Positions 51,763 through 62,211 of a DNA stretch of 64,000 nt are shown here, piece by piece (position 1 is the stretch's first letter; the number at the start of each line of letters is the position of its first letter). The notes beneath the pieces were generated by a model. It saw only the letters and a program-made list of their open reading frames with translations, was not told the DNA's origin and did no database searches. Where the stretch lies: contig CAIQDI010000004.1 of assembly GCA_903870545.1 (NCBI GenBank), forward strand, positions 27,848 through 91,847, given 5' to 3'. Origin of the DNA: an uncultured Pseudomonadota bacterium. GTDB taxonomy: Bacteria > Pseudomonadota > Gammaproteobacteria > Methylococcales > Methylomonadaceae. The position numbers were made by a program, and so were the translations under genes.

Positions 51763-52617
51763 TTATTTCCGATTTTTAAAATACTGAAAAAAATCAGAAT
51801 TCGGTTCTAATACTAGCGTACTCGAACTGGTGAAAGTCTTTTTATACGCATTCAAACTGCGGTAAAACGTGAAAAATTCACTGTCTTGATTATAGGCTTT
51901 CGCATAAATATCCGCCGCTGTTGCATCGCCTTCACCGCGTAATTTTTCAGCGTCCCGATACGCATTTGCCAACGTGACAACACGTTGTCTATCGGCATCG
52001 GCGCGAATACGTTCGGCGGCTTCAGCACCTTCGGAACGGAATTCTCGCGCGGTTCGTTCACGTTCGGCTTCCATTCGGCGAAATACGGAACTGCTGACTT
52101 CTTCGGGCAAATCGATTCGCATCACTTGCACGTCAACAATTTCCATTCCTAACGCCGCCGCTGGAGCTTTCGCATTTTTAATCAATAATTCGCGAATTTC
52201 ACCGCGATCGGTCGAAACCAATTGTTTGATATTCCGTTTGCCGAATTCACTGCGAAATAAATCTTTCACGATTTGGTCTAAACGCAAATTTGCTTGATCC
52301 GTATCGCCCGCGACCACGGTATAAAACGTTTTCACGTTGCCAATTTTCCATTTTACAAACGAATCTACGATGACATTTTTCTTTTCAGCCGTCAAAAAAC
52401 GTTCGGGCTTGGAATCCATGGTTTGAATTCGCGCATCGAAATGTTTGATGTTGTTAATCATCGGCAATTTAACGTGCAAACCCGCCGTGTAATCGTCTTT
52501 CACGATTTCACCGAGTTGGAATTTAATGGCTTTTTCGCCTTCGCTGACCGTGAAAACGCTCATCATGCCGACTAAAAATACGCCTGCTGCGCCGAGTACG
52601 ATTTGATTTGTGTTCAT
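51763..52617 (-). CDS. hflC: Protease modulator HflC
   Basis: 284-aa SPFH/band-7 protein with an N-terminal TM helix, immediately after hflK. Confidence 0.93.
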   Translation of the reverse strand: MNTNQIVLGAAGVFLVGMMSVFTVSEGEKAIKFQLGEIVKDDYTAGLHVKLPMINNIKHFDARIQTMDSKPERFLTAEKKNVIVDSFVKWKIGNVKTFYTVVAGDTDQANLRLDQIVKDLFRSEFGKRNIKQLVSTDRGEIRELLIKNAKAPAAALGMEIVDVQVMRIDLPEEVSSSVFRRMEAERERTAREFRSEGAEAAERIRADADRQRVVTLANAYRDAEKLRGEGDATAADIYAKAYNQDSEFFTFYRSLNAYKKTFTSSSTLVLEPNSDFFQYFKNRK

Positions 52618-52618
52618 A

Positions 52619-53854
52619 TTAACGTCCTCTCATGTCGGTTTGGCGAACGCGATTATTGGGATGTTCAACGCTGGGAATAATCGGCGCATTTTGGGAAATA
52701 ACCGGTTGTTCAACGTTGGTGTACGCGATAGGCGCAGGCGTTGTCGCAACAGGCGCATTGATGGGATTTTGTGGATTTTGCATCAATTTATCGAGCGGTA
52801 AATACATCACGTTGCTGCCATTTTTCACATCGACAATCACATTATTGGTATTGCTCAACACGGATTCCATCGTTTCAATGTACAACCGTTTGCGCGTGAC
52901 ATCAGGAGCTTTGGTGTATTCCGTCAGCAATTGCGAGAAACGACTGGTTTCACCTTGCGCCTGCGCTAAAACTTGTTCTTTGTAACCTTCGGCTTCCTGC
53001 ATTTTACGCGCCGCCGCACCACGCGCTTTTGGAATAACATCATTCGCGTAAGCCTGCGCTTCATTGATTAAACGTTGTTCATCTTCTCGCGCTTTAATCG
53101 CATCGGCAAACGCATTTTGAACTTGTTCAGGCGGCTGCGCGTCTTGTAAATTCACGCTGGTCACTTGCACACCGGAATTATAACTGTCCATCACTTGTTG
53201 AATTTCGGTTTTAATTTGCGCGACAATTTCGCCACGTCCTTCAGTCAAAACATAATCCATCGTGCTGCCACCGACCACGCCGCGTTGTGCGCTTTCGGTA
53301 ACGTGTTTTAAGGTTGCGGCGGGGTTGGCGACGTTGAAAATAAAGGCTTTTGCGTCTTTGACTTGATATTGAACCGCTAAACGCACATCCACATAATTTT
53401 CGTCTTTCGTCAGCATTAAGGCTTCTTTTGGAACGGAACCGCCGGCTAAATCGCTGCTACCATTGCTACGATAACCGACTTCGATAAAACGTTGTTGTTT
53501 GACGTTGACAAGCGCGACCGATTCGATAGGTTTAGGGTAGTGCCAATTTAAACCGGCTTGCGTGGTGCCAATGTATTTGCCAAAGCGCGTTTCGACACCG
53601 TGATTTCCCTCGTCCACAATATAAAAACCGCTTAATCCCCAAAGTACGCCAGCTCCAACCGCTAATAAACCCAAGCCTTTGAGCGAATTTCCTGAAAAAC
53701 CGTCGCCATTTTCGCCGTTGCCACCGCCACCAAAAATTTGCTCTAATTTTTTTTGCAATGAACGAATCGCTTCGTCTAATTCAGGCACATCTTTATCGTC
53801 ACCACGACCACTCCATGGATCTTTTTTACCGCCACCGGGTTCATTCCACGACAT
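52619..53854 (-). CDS. hflK: Protease modulator HflK
   Basis: From the ATG at 53854 the product begins MSWNEPGGGKKDPW, the typical HflK N-terminus. It has an SPFH domain and a Pro/Ala-rich tail. Confidence 0.93.
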   Translation of the reverse strand: MSWNEPGGGKKDPWSGRGDDKDVPELDEAIRSLQKKLEQIFGGGGNGENGDGFSGNSLKGLGLLAVGAGVLWGLSGFYIVDEGNHGVETRFGKYIGTTQAGLNWHYPKPIESVALVNVKQQRFIEVGYRSNGSSDLAGGSVPKEALMLTKDENYVDVRLAVQYQVKDAKAFIFNVANPAATLKHVTESAQRGVVGGSTMDYVLTEGRGEIVAQIKTEIQQVMDSYNSGVQVTSVNLQDAQPPEQVQNAFADAIKAREDEQRLINEAQAYANDVIPKARGAAARKMQEAEGYKEQVLAQAQGETSRFSQLLTEYTKAPDVTRKRLYIETMESVLSNTNNVIVDVKNGSNVMYLPLDKLMQNPQNPINAPVATTPAPIAYTNVEQPVISQNAPIIPSVEHPNNRVRQTDMRGR

Positions 53855-53906
53855 ATTTGCTCCGTTTTTGTTATTCATAATCAAGTTTTTCACCGTCTAA
53901 AGCACG

Positions 53907-54086
53907 TTATTTGTGATAAATCTGTTGCACCAAATTGTAAAACCATTTCGGTCGAAATAATACCACCCACATTAACGCCAAACCTGAAATCGGAACGGGA
54001 CCGACTTCTAAAATCGTTATCAATAATAATCCAAATAAGCATAAAAGCCGAAAAACAAGATTGTGAAACGAGGTGGGATATTTCAT
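53907..54086 (-). CDS. Possible small membrane protein (59 aa), not in the ORF track
   Basis: Hand translation gives MKYPTSFHNLVFRLLCLFGLLLITILEVGPVPISGLALMWVVLFRPKWFYNLVQQIYHK*, with two hydrophobic helices. The RBS is weak (AGG). Confidence 0.25.
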   Translation of the reverse strand: MKYPTSFHNLVFRLLCLFGLLLITILEVGPVPISGLALMWVVLFRPKWFYNLVQQIYHK

Positions 54087-54142
54087 AAAACCTAAGGTAA
54101 AAATTTACACACAGCTCGTTTTCACGTTTGTCTTCGACAGCG

Positions 54143-55141
54143 TTAATAATTGCGTTGAACTGCGAATTTTGCCAATAAAACCAGCGCATTTTTATAATCA
54201 GATTCGGGTAAAACGGTGAGTGCGTCGATAGCTTTTTGTGCTTCTTCGTCGGCGCGTTGTTCGGTATAAGTGATGGCTTGCGTGCGTTTGACGACGGCAT
54301 AAACGTCATTGAAAACGTCTCGATTTCCGGTTTTAATTGCGTCAATAATAATCGCCGCTTCTTCTGGCGTGCCGTTTTGAATGGCGTAAATTAACGGCAA
54401 CGTCGGTTTGCCTTCCGCTAAATCGTCACCCAAATTTTTACCCAATTCTTCTGCGCTGGCTTTGTAATCCAGCGCGTCGTCAATCAACTGAAACGCAATG
54501 CCTAAATGTTGTCCGTAATTCGCCAACGCGGTTTCGATTTCTACCGTTGAACCCGAAAGAATTGCGGCTAATTGGGTTGCGGCACTGAACAGAATCGCCG
54601 TTTTACGCGCAATCACTTCCAGATATTTGGCTTCGGTCGTTTCAGGATTGTTGCAATTTAATAATTGTAAAACTTCGCCTTCGGCAATCGCTGTGGTGGT
54701 TTTCGATAACAAACCCATCACGCGCATATTGTCGGTGCGAACCATCATTTCAAATGCGCTGGAATATAAATAATCGCCGACTAAAACGCTGGCGGCATTG
54801 CCCCAAACGGCGTTGGCGGATTCTTTGCCGCGCCGTAAATCCGATTCATCGACCACATCGTCGTGTAACAACGTGGCGGTGTGAATAAATTCAACTACGG
54901 CAGCGAGAATTAAATGTTTTTCGTTGACTTCGCCCAAGGCTTTCGCGGCTAGTAACAACAACATCGGACGTAAACGCTTGCCGCCGTTGCCAACAATATA
55001 ACGCCCAATTTCGTTAATCAAAATCACGTCTGAACGCAATTCGTCGATAATCAATTGATCAACGGCTTTGGCTTCATTTAGGGTTAATTGTTTAATCGCG
55101 TCAAAATCAATCGGAGAAGTGGAATCGGATGCTGAAATCAT
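54143..55141 (-). CDS. ispB: Octaprenyl diphosphate synthase IspB
   Basis: 332-aa ORF with the two Asp-rich motifs LLHDDVVDESDLRRG and FQLIDDALDY. Confidence 0.93.
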   Translation of the reverse strand: MISASDSTSPIDFDAIKQLTLNEAKAVDQLIIDELRSDVILINEIGRYIVGNGGKRLRPMLLLLAAKALGEVNEKHLILAAVVEFIHTATLLHDDVVDESDLRRGKESANAVWGNAASVLVGDYLYSSAFEMMVRTDNMRVMGLLSKTTTAIAEGEVLQLLNCNNPETTEAKYLEVIARKTAILFSAATQLAAILSGSTVEIETALANYGQHLGIAFQLIDDALDYKASAEELGKNLGDDLAEGKPTLPLIYAIQNGTPEEAAIIIDAIKTGNRDVFNDVYAVVKRTQAITYTEQRADEEAQKAIDALTVLPESDYKNALVLLAKFAVQRNY

Positions 55142-55202
55142 TAGTTTTATTTAGGTAGAAGTGAACACGGCGCATTATAACGTATATTGCTCTTTTTCAT
55201 TA

Positions 55203-58200
55203 TCAATACATCAACCGAATCGCGTCTTTTCCTAGCCACAATTTTAATTGATGCAACAATTCATCGGTCGTTTCAACGCGCCACGCTTGACCTAATCGCA
55301 ACATCGCCCGCGCGTCATTTCCAAAATAATCAATCATCACCACCGTTTCGCCCCCTTTCACGGTTTGCAAAATTTCCGCGAGTTTTTCAAATGGCGAATT
55401 GCCGGTTTTAAAGGTGAGCTGCAACGTTTTTCGAGCTTGTTCAATCGGATAAATTCGATCTACGCTCAATAATGGCGTGTTTAAATACGCATCCATCGCT
55501 AAATTCCCTTCCACAATCAGCAATCGATCTTTGTAATCCGCTTTGAAAATGGTTTGAAACTCGTCATAAACTTCTCGATACGCGCTAATATCAAGCCGCG
55601 CCGTATTGTCGTCGAGAATGGCAAAGCCGCGTGAAATGCCTTGTTTGTTTTGGCGCGAACCAATATCAATCGCTAAACCGGCAATTCTTACCGGCATGGC
55701 ACGCCGACCGGGTACAATTTCATTGAGTAATTGCACGAGTTTTTTGGGCGCGAGTTGGCGTAATTCGTCTGCGTATTGGTCAATCGGATGTCCGGTTAAA
55801 AACAAACCCAACACATTTTTTTCTTCGGCAAAACGTTCTTTGTCCGACCACGCCTCAACGGTTGTCGCATAAGTGGGCGTGGCAGTTTCTTCTTCGTTTG
55901 CTTCGCCGCCACCTAAACCAAATAAATCGCATTGTCCCGCGAGTTTCATTTTGGTTTGATGTTCAGCGACTTTTAACGCCGTCGGTAATTCGGCTAAATG
56001 CGCGGCACGATTGGGGTCGAATTCATCTAACGCGCCTGCTTTGATAAGGGCTTCGGAGACACGTTTATTAAATTTGCGTAAATCCACGCGCTGACACAAA
56101 TCGTACAAACCTAAAAATAAACCGTTGGCTTTGCGTTCGTCAATCATGTCTAAAATCGCACCTTCGCCCGCACCTTTCAACGCGCCCAAACCGTAAATCA
56201 ATTCGCCGTTATCGTTTACGGTGAATTTGTAATCCGACAGGTTTATCGACGGCGGAATAATTTTGAGGTTCAACAAACGGCATTCGTCGATGTTAATGAC
56301 GACTTTTTCGGTATTGTCCATATCCGCTGAAAGTACCGCCGCCATAAATGCCGCTGGATAATGCGCTTTTAACCACGCAGTTTGATAAGCGACGAGCGCG
56401 TAAGCTGCGGAGTGGCTGCGGTTGAAACCATAACCACTGAACTTGTCAACTAAGTCAAAAATGTAATTAGCAATATCAGCATCAACATTATTCGCTACTG
56501 CACCTGTTACAAAAAACTCACGTTGATTTGCCATTTCCTTTGCATCCTTCTTGCCCATGCAATTATGTGCGACAAAATCATTGGCAATAAAGTTGTGCGT
56601 TTCAAGAATGGTTAAATCAAAAACACGCTCTTCGCCAATCAATTCAATCGAAACAATTTTGTCCCAAAAAACTTCTGATTCAGCGATGGCTTGTAATTTT
56701 GAATCATTGAAAACTTGAGCAAAGTTCGCTACTCGATGACGTGATAATTCACTGCGCGGATTTTTGAAATTTAATCCACTCGACATCGTTCCTTTTTTAA
56801 AATCGCTTGCATCATCGATTCCAGACCAAGTCATTCCGCTTGCGTATTTTGCATTAGCAATTAAATATGTCACGGCACTAGGCAATTGATGTTTCGATTG
56901 AGTTTTAAGTTTCGCCTCAATTAAGTTGTAACAAATTTTTGCTTTTTCACGCTTTGCCGCGCTCATGAACGGCACAATCAAATCATAAAATTTCAACATA
57001 TCTTCACGTCCTGTAATTTGAACGCGATAAGAAATATAAGGCTGATTTTTATACGTCGAGTTTTTTACATTAAACAATCCGACAATGCCAAATCGTAACA
57101 ACAAGTGTTGAATTTGCTCAATTAACTTGCGGGATGTTGACGTGTAATCCGAATGCCCAATTGAAATATCAAACGTGCCGTCAGTTGACCATAATGTGCC
57201 TAAAAATAAGACTAATTGTGCTGACGATAATTCATAAACCCACAACGGAATTTCTTTATCGCGAGAAAGTGCGCGTTTAAGTTTTTCGTCAATCCAAGCG
57301 TTAAATTCGACAAATGAAAAACGCGCATACATGACGGATTTTTTTCCTTCATGATGTTGATAAGAAACGGGGGGTTTTTTACCAAAAAGCTCAAAACAAC
57401 AATCATTAAAATCACTAATCAATAATTCGTCGCTGTTACAAAAATAATTCCCAACCCGTTTTTTTTGCGATAAATAACCATCGCCAATTAAATAAGCCGC
57501 AATTTTTATCTCTGCTTCGCCGATTATATTTTCATGCGAAATTGGCAAATTTTTTGTTAAACCAATACTGTCGCCAACATTGAAATCTTCTAGTTTTTGC
57601 CAACCTGAAATGGTGTAAAACAAATGGTCGGCAGTGGCGCGAATTTTACGATTCGTTTTCGTGGTAATTTCCCAAACGTCACGCACACCGTTGTCGAAAA
57701 TCGCAGAAATCGGTTTAGTAACAATTTTTTGTGTCGTTAAATCGAGCGAAAAAACATCACGTCCCAACCAATAATTTTGATTATCTGCAATAGTTTGAAG
57801 CGTAACGCATTGACCCGTGGCGACATCGACAATTTGTGTTGAACCACTTAAACAACGTCGTAAAATATCCGCGCCACCCAGCGTATAACCTGACAATTCT
57901 CGTGCGATTTGCATGACTTGTTCTTGATACAAAATCACGCCGTTGGTCGGTTCCAAAATTGGTTCAAGAATCGGATGCGCGTATTCAGCAGCTTTGCGTT
58001 TGTGTTTCACGTTGACGTAATCATCCACCATGCCCGATTCGAGCGGACCAGGTCGAAATAACGCCACCAACGCAATAATGTCGTTGAAACAATCGGGCAA
58101 TAATTTTTTGATTAACTCTTTCATGCCGCGCGATTCCAACTGAAAAACGGCGGTCGTCAGTCCTTTTTTCAACAAATCATACGACGCAAAATCATCACGC

Positions 58201-59978
58201 GGAATTTGGCTAATATCAACGGGCGGTAAGCCTTTTTTCGCATTTTGCGCGTCAATGGTTTGCAACGCCCAATCAATAATCGTCAACGTTCGCAACCCCA
58301 AAAAATCGAACTTCACCAGCCCGACCGATTCCACGTCACTTTTATCGAATTGCGTCACTAAATTATTGCCTTCGTGGTCGCAATAAAGTGGCGTGAAATC
58401 GGTTAATTTCGTCGGTGCGATTACCACGCCGCCCGCGTGTTTCCCCGCATTTCGCGCCGTTCCTTCCAAAATTAACGCCATATCAATCAACGTTTTAACA
58501 TCTTCTTCGTTGTTGTAGGCTTGCTGTAAATCGGGGCTGCCTTTCAACGCATCGGTCAACGTAATGCCCACTTCGGTCGGAATCAATTTTGCCAATCTAT
58601 CGACAAAACCATAACCCAAACTCAACACGCGCCCCACGTCACGCACCACCGATTTTGCGGTCATCGAACCGTAAGTGATAATCTGTGAAACCTGATCGCG
58701 TCCGTAATGATCAGCCACATAATCAATCACTTCGTCGCGCCGATCCATGCAGAAATCAATATCAAAATCGGGCATCGACACCCGTTCTGGATTCAAAAAC
58801 CGTTCAAACAACAAATCAAATTCAATCGGATCTAAATCGGTAATTTTCAAAACGTACGCCACCAACGAACCCGCGCCCGAACCCCGTCCAGGGCCAACGG
58901 GAATACCGTGATTTTTCGCCCACTGAATAAAATCCGCCACAATCATGAAATAACCCGAAAATCCCATTTGCGTAATCACATCGAGTTCAATTTTCAATCG
59001 ATTCCAATACGCTTGTTCATTTTCTTCTGGCGTGCCGTCGCCGGTAATCGGATGTTTTTGCAAACGTTCGCGCAAACCTTGTTCGGATTCGCTGACAATA
59101 AAATCGTTAATCGTCATCCCTTCCGGCACCGGAAAATCAGGCAAAAAGTTTTTGCCCAATTCCATTGTAAAACTGCACCGTTTCGCGATTTCAACGGTGT
59201 TTTCTAAGGCTTCTGGCAAATCGGCAAATAACGTCGCCATTTCTTCCGCCGTTCGCAGATATTGTTGGTCGGTGTAATCTTTGGCGCGACGCGCATCGTC
59301 GAGGACGCGACTTTGATTGATACACACCCGAACTTCGTGCGCGGCAAATTCATTTTGTGTCAAAAAACGCACGTCATTCGTCGCAACAATCGGTAAATTC
59401 AACATCAATGCGAGTTCGACCGCACCAGAAATATAAAATTCTTCGTTCGGTTTGCCAACGCGCTGCACTTCCAAATAAAAGCGATTCGGAAACAGGTCGC
59501 GCCAATAGGTCGCACAACGCAACGCTTCGTCTTTTTTGTCGGCAATTAAGGCTTTGCCAATATCGCCTTGCATCGCACCGGACAGCGCAATTAAATTGTC
59601 GTGATTTTGTTCAATCCATTCACGTTTGAGCATCGGCACGGATTCTTTCGACGCTTGCCCGAGTTGATACGCTTTCGACACCAATTCGGTCAGCGTGACA
59701 TAGCCTTTGTGATTTTGAGCCAGCAACGTCAAACGGTACGGATTATTGGGTTCGTCGGGATTCAAAATCAAAACATCCGCGCCCGCAATCGGTTTGATTC
59801 CTTGCGACGTGGCGGCTTTGTACGTTTTGACCAAACCGAACAAATTAACGTGATCGGTGATGGCAACGGCGGGCATCTTCAATTCGCCCAGCCGTTTCAT
59901 GAGTGGTTTAATTTTGACCAAACCATCGATTAACGAATATTCGGTGTGAACTCTAAGATGTATAAAATCGGGTTGCAT
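55203..59978 (-). CDS. dnaE: DNA polymerase III alpha subunit DnaE, interrupted by an intein
   Basis: From the ATG at 59978 the product begins MQPDFIHLRVHTEYSL (PHP domain). It contains the polymerase core, an OB fold and a C-terminal tail. It totals 1591 aa with the intein and 1160 aa without it. Confidence 0.97.
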   Translation of the reverse strand: MQPDFIHLRVHTEYSLIDGLVKIKPLMKRLGELKMPAVAITDHVNLFGLVKTYKAATSQGIKPIAGADVLILNPDEPNNPYRLTLLAQNHKGYVTLTELVSKAYQLGQASKESVPMLKREWIEQNHDNLIALSGAMQGDIGKALIADKKDEALRCATYWRDLFPNRFYLEVQRVGKPNEEFYISGAVELALMLNLPIVATNDVRFLTQNEFAAHEVRVCINQSRVLDDARRAKDYTDQQYLRTAEEMATLFADLPEALENTVEIAKRCSFTMELGKNFLPDFPVPEGMTINDFIVSESEQGLRERLQKHPITGDGTPEENEQAYWNRLKIELDVITQMGFSGYFMIVADFIQWAKNHGIPVGPGRGSGAGSLVAYVLKITDLDPIEFDLLFERFLNPERVSMPDFDIDFCMDRRDEVIDYVADHYGRDQVSQIITYGSMTAKSVVRDVGRVLSLGYGFVDRLAKLIPTEVGITLTDALKGSPDLQQAYNNEEDVKTLIDMALILEGTARNAGKHAGGVVIAPTKLTDFTPLYCDHEGNNLVTQFDKSDVESVGLVKFDFLGLRTLTIIDWALQTIDAQNAKKGLPPVDISQIPRDDFASYDLLKKGLTTAVFQLESRGMKELIKKLLPDCFNDIIALVALFRPGPLESGMVDDYVNVKHKRKAAEYAHPILEPILEPTNGVILYQEQVMQIARELSGYTLGGADILRRCLSGSTQIVDVATGQCVTLQTIADNQNYWLGRDVFSLDLTTQKIVTKPISAIFDNGVRDVWEITTKTNRKIRATADHLFYTISGWQKLEDFNVGDSIGLTKNLPISHENIIGEAEIKIAAYLIGDGYLSQKKRVGNYFCNSDELLISDFNDCCFELFGKKPPVSYQHHEGKKSVMYARFSFVEFNAWIDEKLKRALSRDKEIPLWVYELSSAQLVLFLGTLWSTDGTFDISIGHSDYTSTSRKLIEQIQHLLLRFGIVGLFNVKNSTYKNQPYISYRVQITGREDMLKFYDLIVPFMSAAKREKAKICYNLIEAKLKTQSKHQLPSAVTYLIANAKYASGMTWSGIDDASDFKKGTMSSGLNFKNPRSELSRHRVANFAQVFNDSKLQAIAESEVFWDKIVSIELIGEERVFDLTILETHNFIANDFVAHNCMGKKDAKEMANQREFFVTGAVANNVDADIANYIFDLVDKFSGYGFNRSHSAAYALVAYQTAWLKAHYPAAFMAAVLSADMDNTEKVVINIDECRLLNLKIIPPSINLSDYKFTVNDNGELIYGLGALKGAGEGAILDMIDERKANGLFLGLYDLCQRVDLRKFNKRVSEALIKAGALDEFDPNRAAHLAELPTALKVAEHQTKMKLAGQCDLFGLGGGEANEEETATPTYATTVEAWSDKERFAEEKNVLGLFLTGHPIDQYADELRQLAPKKLVQLLNEIVPGRRAMPVRIAGLAIDIGSRQNKQGISRGFAILDDNTARLDISAYREVYDEFQTIFKADYKDRLLIVEGNLAMDAYLNTPLLSVDRIYPIEQARKTLQLTFKTGNSPFEKLAEILQTVKGGETVVMIDYFGNDARAMLRLGQAWRVETTDELLHQLKLWLGKDAIRLMY
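56562..57854 (-). mobile_element. Intein (431 aa) with LAGLIDADG homing-endonuclease domain inside dnaE
   Basis: The junctions read ...GGADILRR / CLSGSTQIVDV ... (block B TADHLFYT) ... AAYLIGDGYL ... LGTLWSTDGTF ... VFDLTILETHNFIANDFVAHN / CMGKKDAKE. The intein starts with Cys1, ends with His-Asn, and is followed by a +1 Cys. Confidence 0.9.
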
Positions 59979-60094
59979 GGGCGTTGTGGGTGGAAGCGAA
60001 AAAAATAACAATCGAGCAGATTGCAAAAGGTCGGTAATAATAACTGAACGCGGCGGGCGATGTTACCGATTAAACAACCGCCAAAATCTAAAGG

Positions 60095-60649
60095 CTAACG
60101 AATTTTTAGTCGAAAATCGGCAATTTGAGGCGTGGCAATCGCCGCGCAATAATCCGCTGAAATGTCGATTTTTTGAGTGAACCAGTTTTCATTATTCGGC
60201 AAATTTAAAAAATGATTGGGCTGATTCACGTCAATTTCACAACGATTTAAACCCAGCGCGATGCCGCGTCCAATGCCTTTCACAACGGCTTCTTTGCGTG
60301 TCCAAAAATCGTAAAAAACGACCAGCTTTTCATTTTCTGGCAAATCAAACCAATAAGTTTGTTCTGATGGCGCGAAACATTTTTTGACCAAATCAGCGAG
60401 CGAACGGCGTGGTTTTATATGTTCAATATCAATGCCAACGGGCATTTCGTAACTAATTGCCAGCAACATTTTTTCACCCGAATGCGAAACATTAAAATGC
60501 CATTCTGGAAAATCACGCAAAGTGGGTTTACCAAATTCGCCGCGTTCTAACACCAAATCATTTTCAGGAATATAACGCGCTAAAACTTGCCGCAAAAATG
60601 GTTCTGAAGATTGCTTCGGCTGCCAATCACTTTGCCAAATATCAATCAT
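60095..60649 (-). CDS. 4'-phosphopantetheinyl transferase (Sfp/EntD type)
   Basis: 184-aa ORF with GKPTL ... WHFNVSHSG ... GIDIE ... WTRKEAVVKG. Confidence 0.8.
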   Translation of the reverse strand: MIDIWQSDWQPKQSSEPFLRQVLARYIPENDLVLERGEFGKPTLRDFPEWHFNVSHSGEKMLLAISYEMPVGIDIEHIKPRRSLADLVKKCFAPSEQTYWFDLPENEKLVVFYDFWTRKEAVVKGIGRGIALGLNRCEIDVNQPNHFLNLPNNENWFTQKIDISADYCAAIATPQIADFRLKIR

Positions 60650-61616
60650 GGCGGGTAGCTTTGGAAAGTCTATCGTTAATGGCTGCCCACATTTCGCTTT
60701 GCGGCGGCTGTTCGACCAAAATTAAATTCAATTTTAGCGCGTCCAATTCGCGTAATTTAGCGTACAAGTTTTGGGCGTAAATCGCAGAATCAGTCGGCAA
60801 AGAAATTACGGTGCGATTTTCAGTTGACGCGATGTTTGAGCCGCACGTCAACACGCCGACTTTTTGATTTTCATCTTGCAAAAGTACGGCTAATAATTCC
60901 GAATCACACCGCACAGCGGGCGTGGTTGGCGCGTAATGAATCGCCATCATACCAGCGGTTTTCACGGTTATTTTCGCCAACGAATCGGGAACAAAAACCT
61001 CGGTTTTTAAAACGGCTTCCAACTCGCCGCGGGTAATTTGTCCAAAACGTAACAACGTGGGTTTGTCGCCGCTCAAATCAATAATCGTCGATTCCACGCC
61101 GATTTGACACGCGCCTCCGTCTAAAATCATATCAACACTTTCGCCCAATTCATCCGCGACGTGTTGCGCTTGCGTCGGACTAATTCGGCAAAAACGATTC
61201 GCCGACGGCGCGGCAATTCCACCATCAAACGCGCGTAATAATTCCAACGCAACGGGATGATTCGGTACACGCAATGCAATCGTTTTTTGTCCACCCGTCA
61301 CGGTTTCACTGACTTCGGGACGTTTTTTTAAAATCAACGCGAGTGGCGCAGGGAAAAAATGTTTTGCTAACACAACAGCCGATTCGGGAATATCTTGCGC
61401 CCACAAATCGAACTGTTCAAAGCTGGCAAGATGGACAATTAACGGGTGATTTTCAGGGCGATTTTTGGCGGCAAAAATACGTTTCACTGCGTCGGGATTA
61501 CTAGCATCCGCACCCAATCCATAAACGGTTTCAGTCGGGAAAGCGACTAAACCGCCGTTTTTTAAACATTGCGTGGCGCGTTCAATGTTTTCGGTGGTCG
61601 CGTTAAAAATAGTCAT
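60642..61616 (-). CDS. tsaC: L-threonylcarbamoyladenylate synthase (Sua5/YwlC long form of TsaC)
   Basis: 324-aa ORF with VAFPTETVYGLGADA, SANRF, and a C-terminal Sua5 domain. Confidence 0.9.
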   Translation of the reverse strand: MTIFNATTENIERATQCLKNGGLVAFPTETVYGLGADASNPDAVKRIFAAKNRPENHPLIVHLASFEQFDLWAQDIPESAVVLAKHFFPAPLALILKKRPEVSETVTGGQKTIALRVPNHPVALELLRAFDGGIAAPSANRFCRISPTQAQHVADELGESVDMILDGGACQIGVESTIIDLSGDKPTLLRFGQITRGELEAVLKTEVFVPDSLAKITVKTAGMMAIHYAPTTPAVRCDSELLAVLLQDENQKVGVLTCGSNIASTENRTVISLPTDSAIYAQNLYAKLRELDALKLNLILVEQPPQSEMWAAINDRLSKATRHD

Positions 61617-61694
61617 AAAAGTTCTGGGGAAAGGGATTTGTTAAATTTTGCGGTATTATAACGGACTACATCCACTCAACTTTTAAATTTCAAA

Positions 61695-62150
61695 ATGCAC
61701 AAAATTCAACTCAAAATTTTAGATTCACGTTTAGGCGACACGATTCCATTGCCCGAATATGCGACGACGGGTTCAGCAGGTTTAGATTTACGCGCGTGTT
61801 TGGACGACGCGATTATTTTACATCCAGGCGAAACTTGTTTGTGTCCAACGGGGTTGGCGATTCATATTGGCGATAATTCACTCGCTGCCGTTTTATTACC
61901 GCGTTCAGGTTTGGGTCATAAACACGGCATTGTTTTGGGCAATTTGGTTGGACTTATCGATTCAGATTATCAAGGACAAATTTTCGTTTCATGTTGGAAT
62001 CGTGGTAATGAATCGTTCACCATAAATATCGGCGAACGGATTGCTCAAATGGTGTTTGTTCCCGTGGTTCAAGTCGCGTTTGAACAGGTCGAAGATTTCG
62101 ACGAAAGTCATCGCGGCGAAGGCGGTTTTGGTCACACAGGGCGGCACTAA
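61695..62150 (+). CDS. dut: dUTP diphosphatase
   Basis: 151-aa ORF with [33 protein letters not shown] and the C-terminal GGFGHTG. Confidence 0.95.
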   Translation: MHKIQLKILDSRLGDTIPLPEYATTGSAGLDLRACLDDAIILHPGETCLCPTGLAIHIGDNSLAAVLLPRSGLGHKHGIVLGNLVGLIDSDYQGQIFVSCWNRGNESFTINIGERIAQMVFVPVVQVAFEQVEDFDESHRGEGGFGHTGRH

Positions 62151-62211
62151 ATCACGCTAGAACGTGCTAGAATAGCCGCTATTCACGCCTTTAAACTCAA
62201 CGGATTTTTTA

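Noticed and set aside
53890-54345. 151-aa minus-strand ORF overlapping the 3' end of ispB
   Set aside because: It is out of frame with the well-supported ispB over 200 nt. It has no recognisable motif, and its composition looks like translated intergenic AT-rich DNA.
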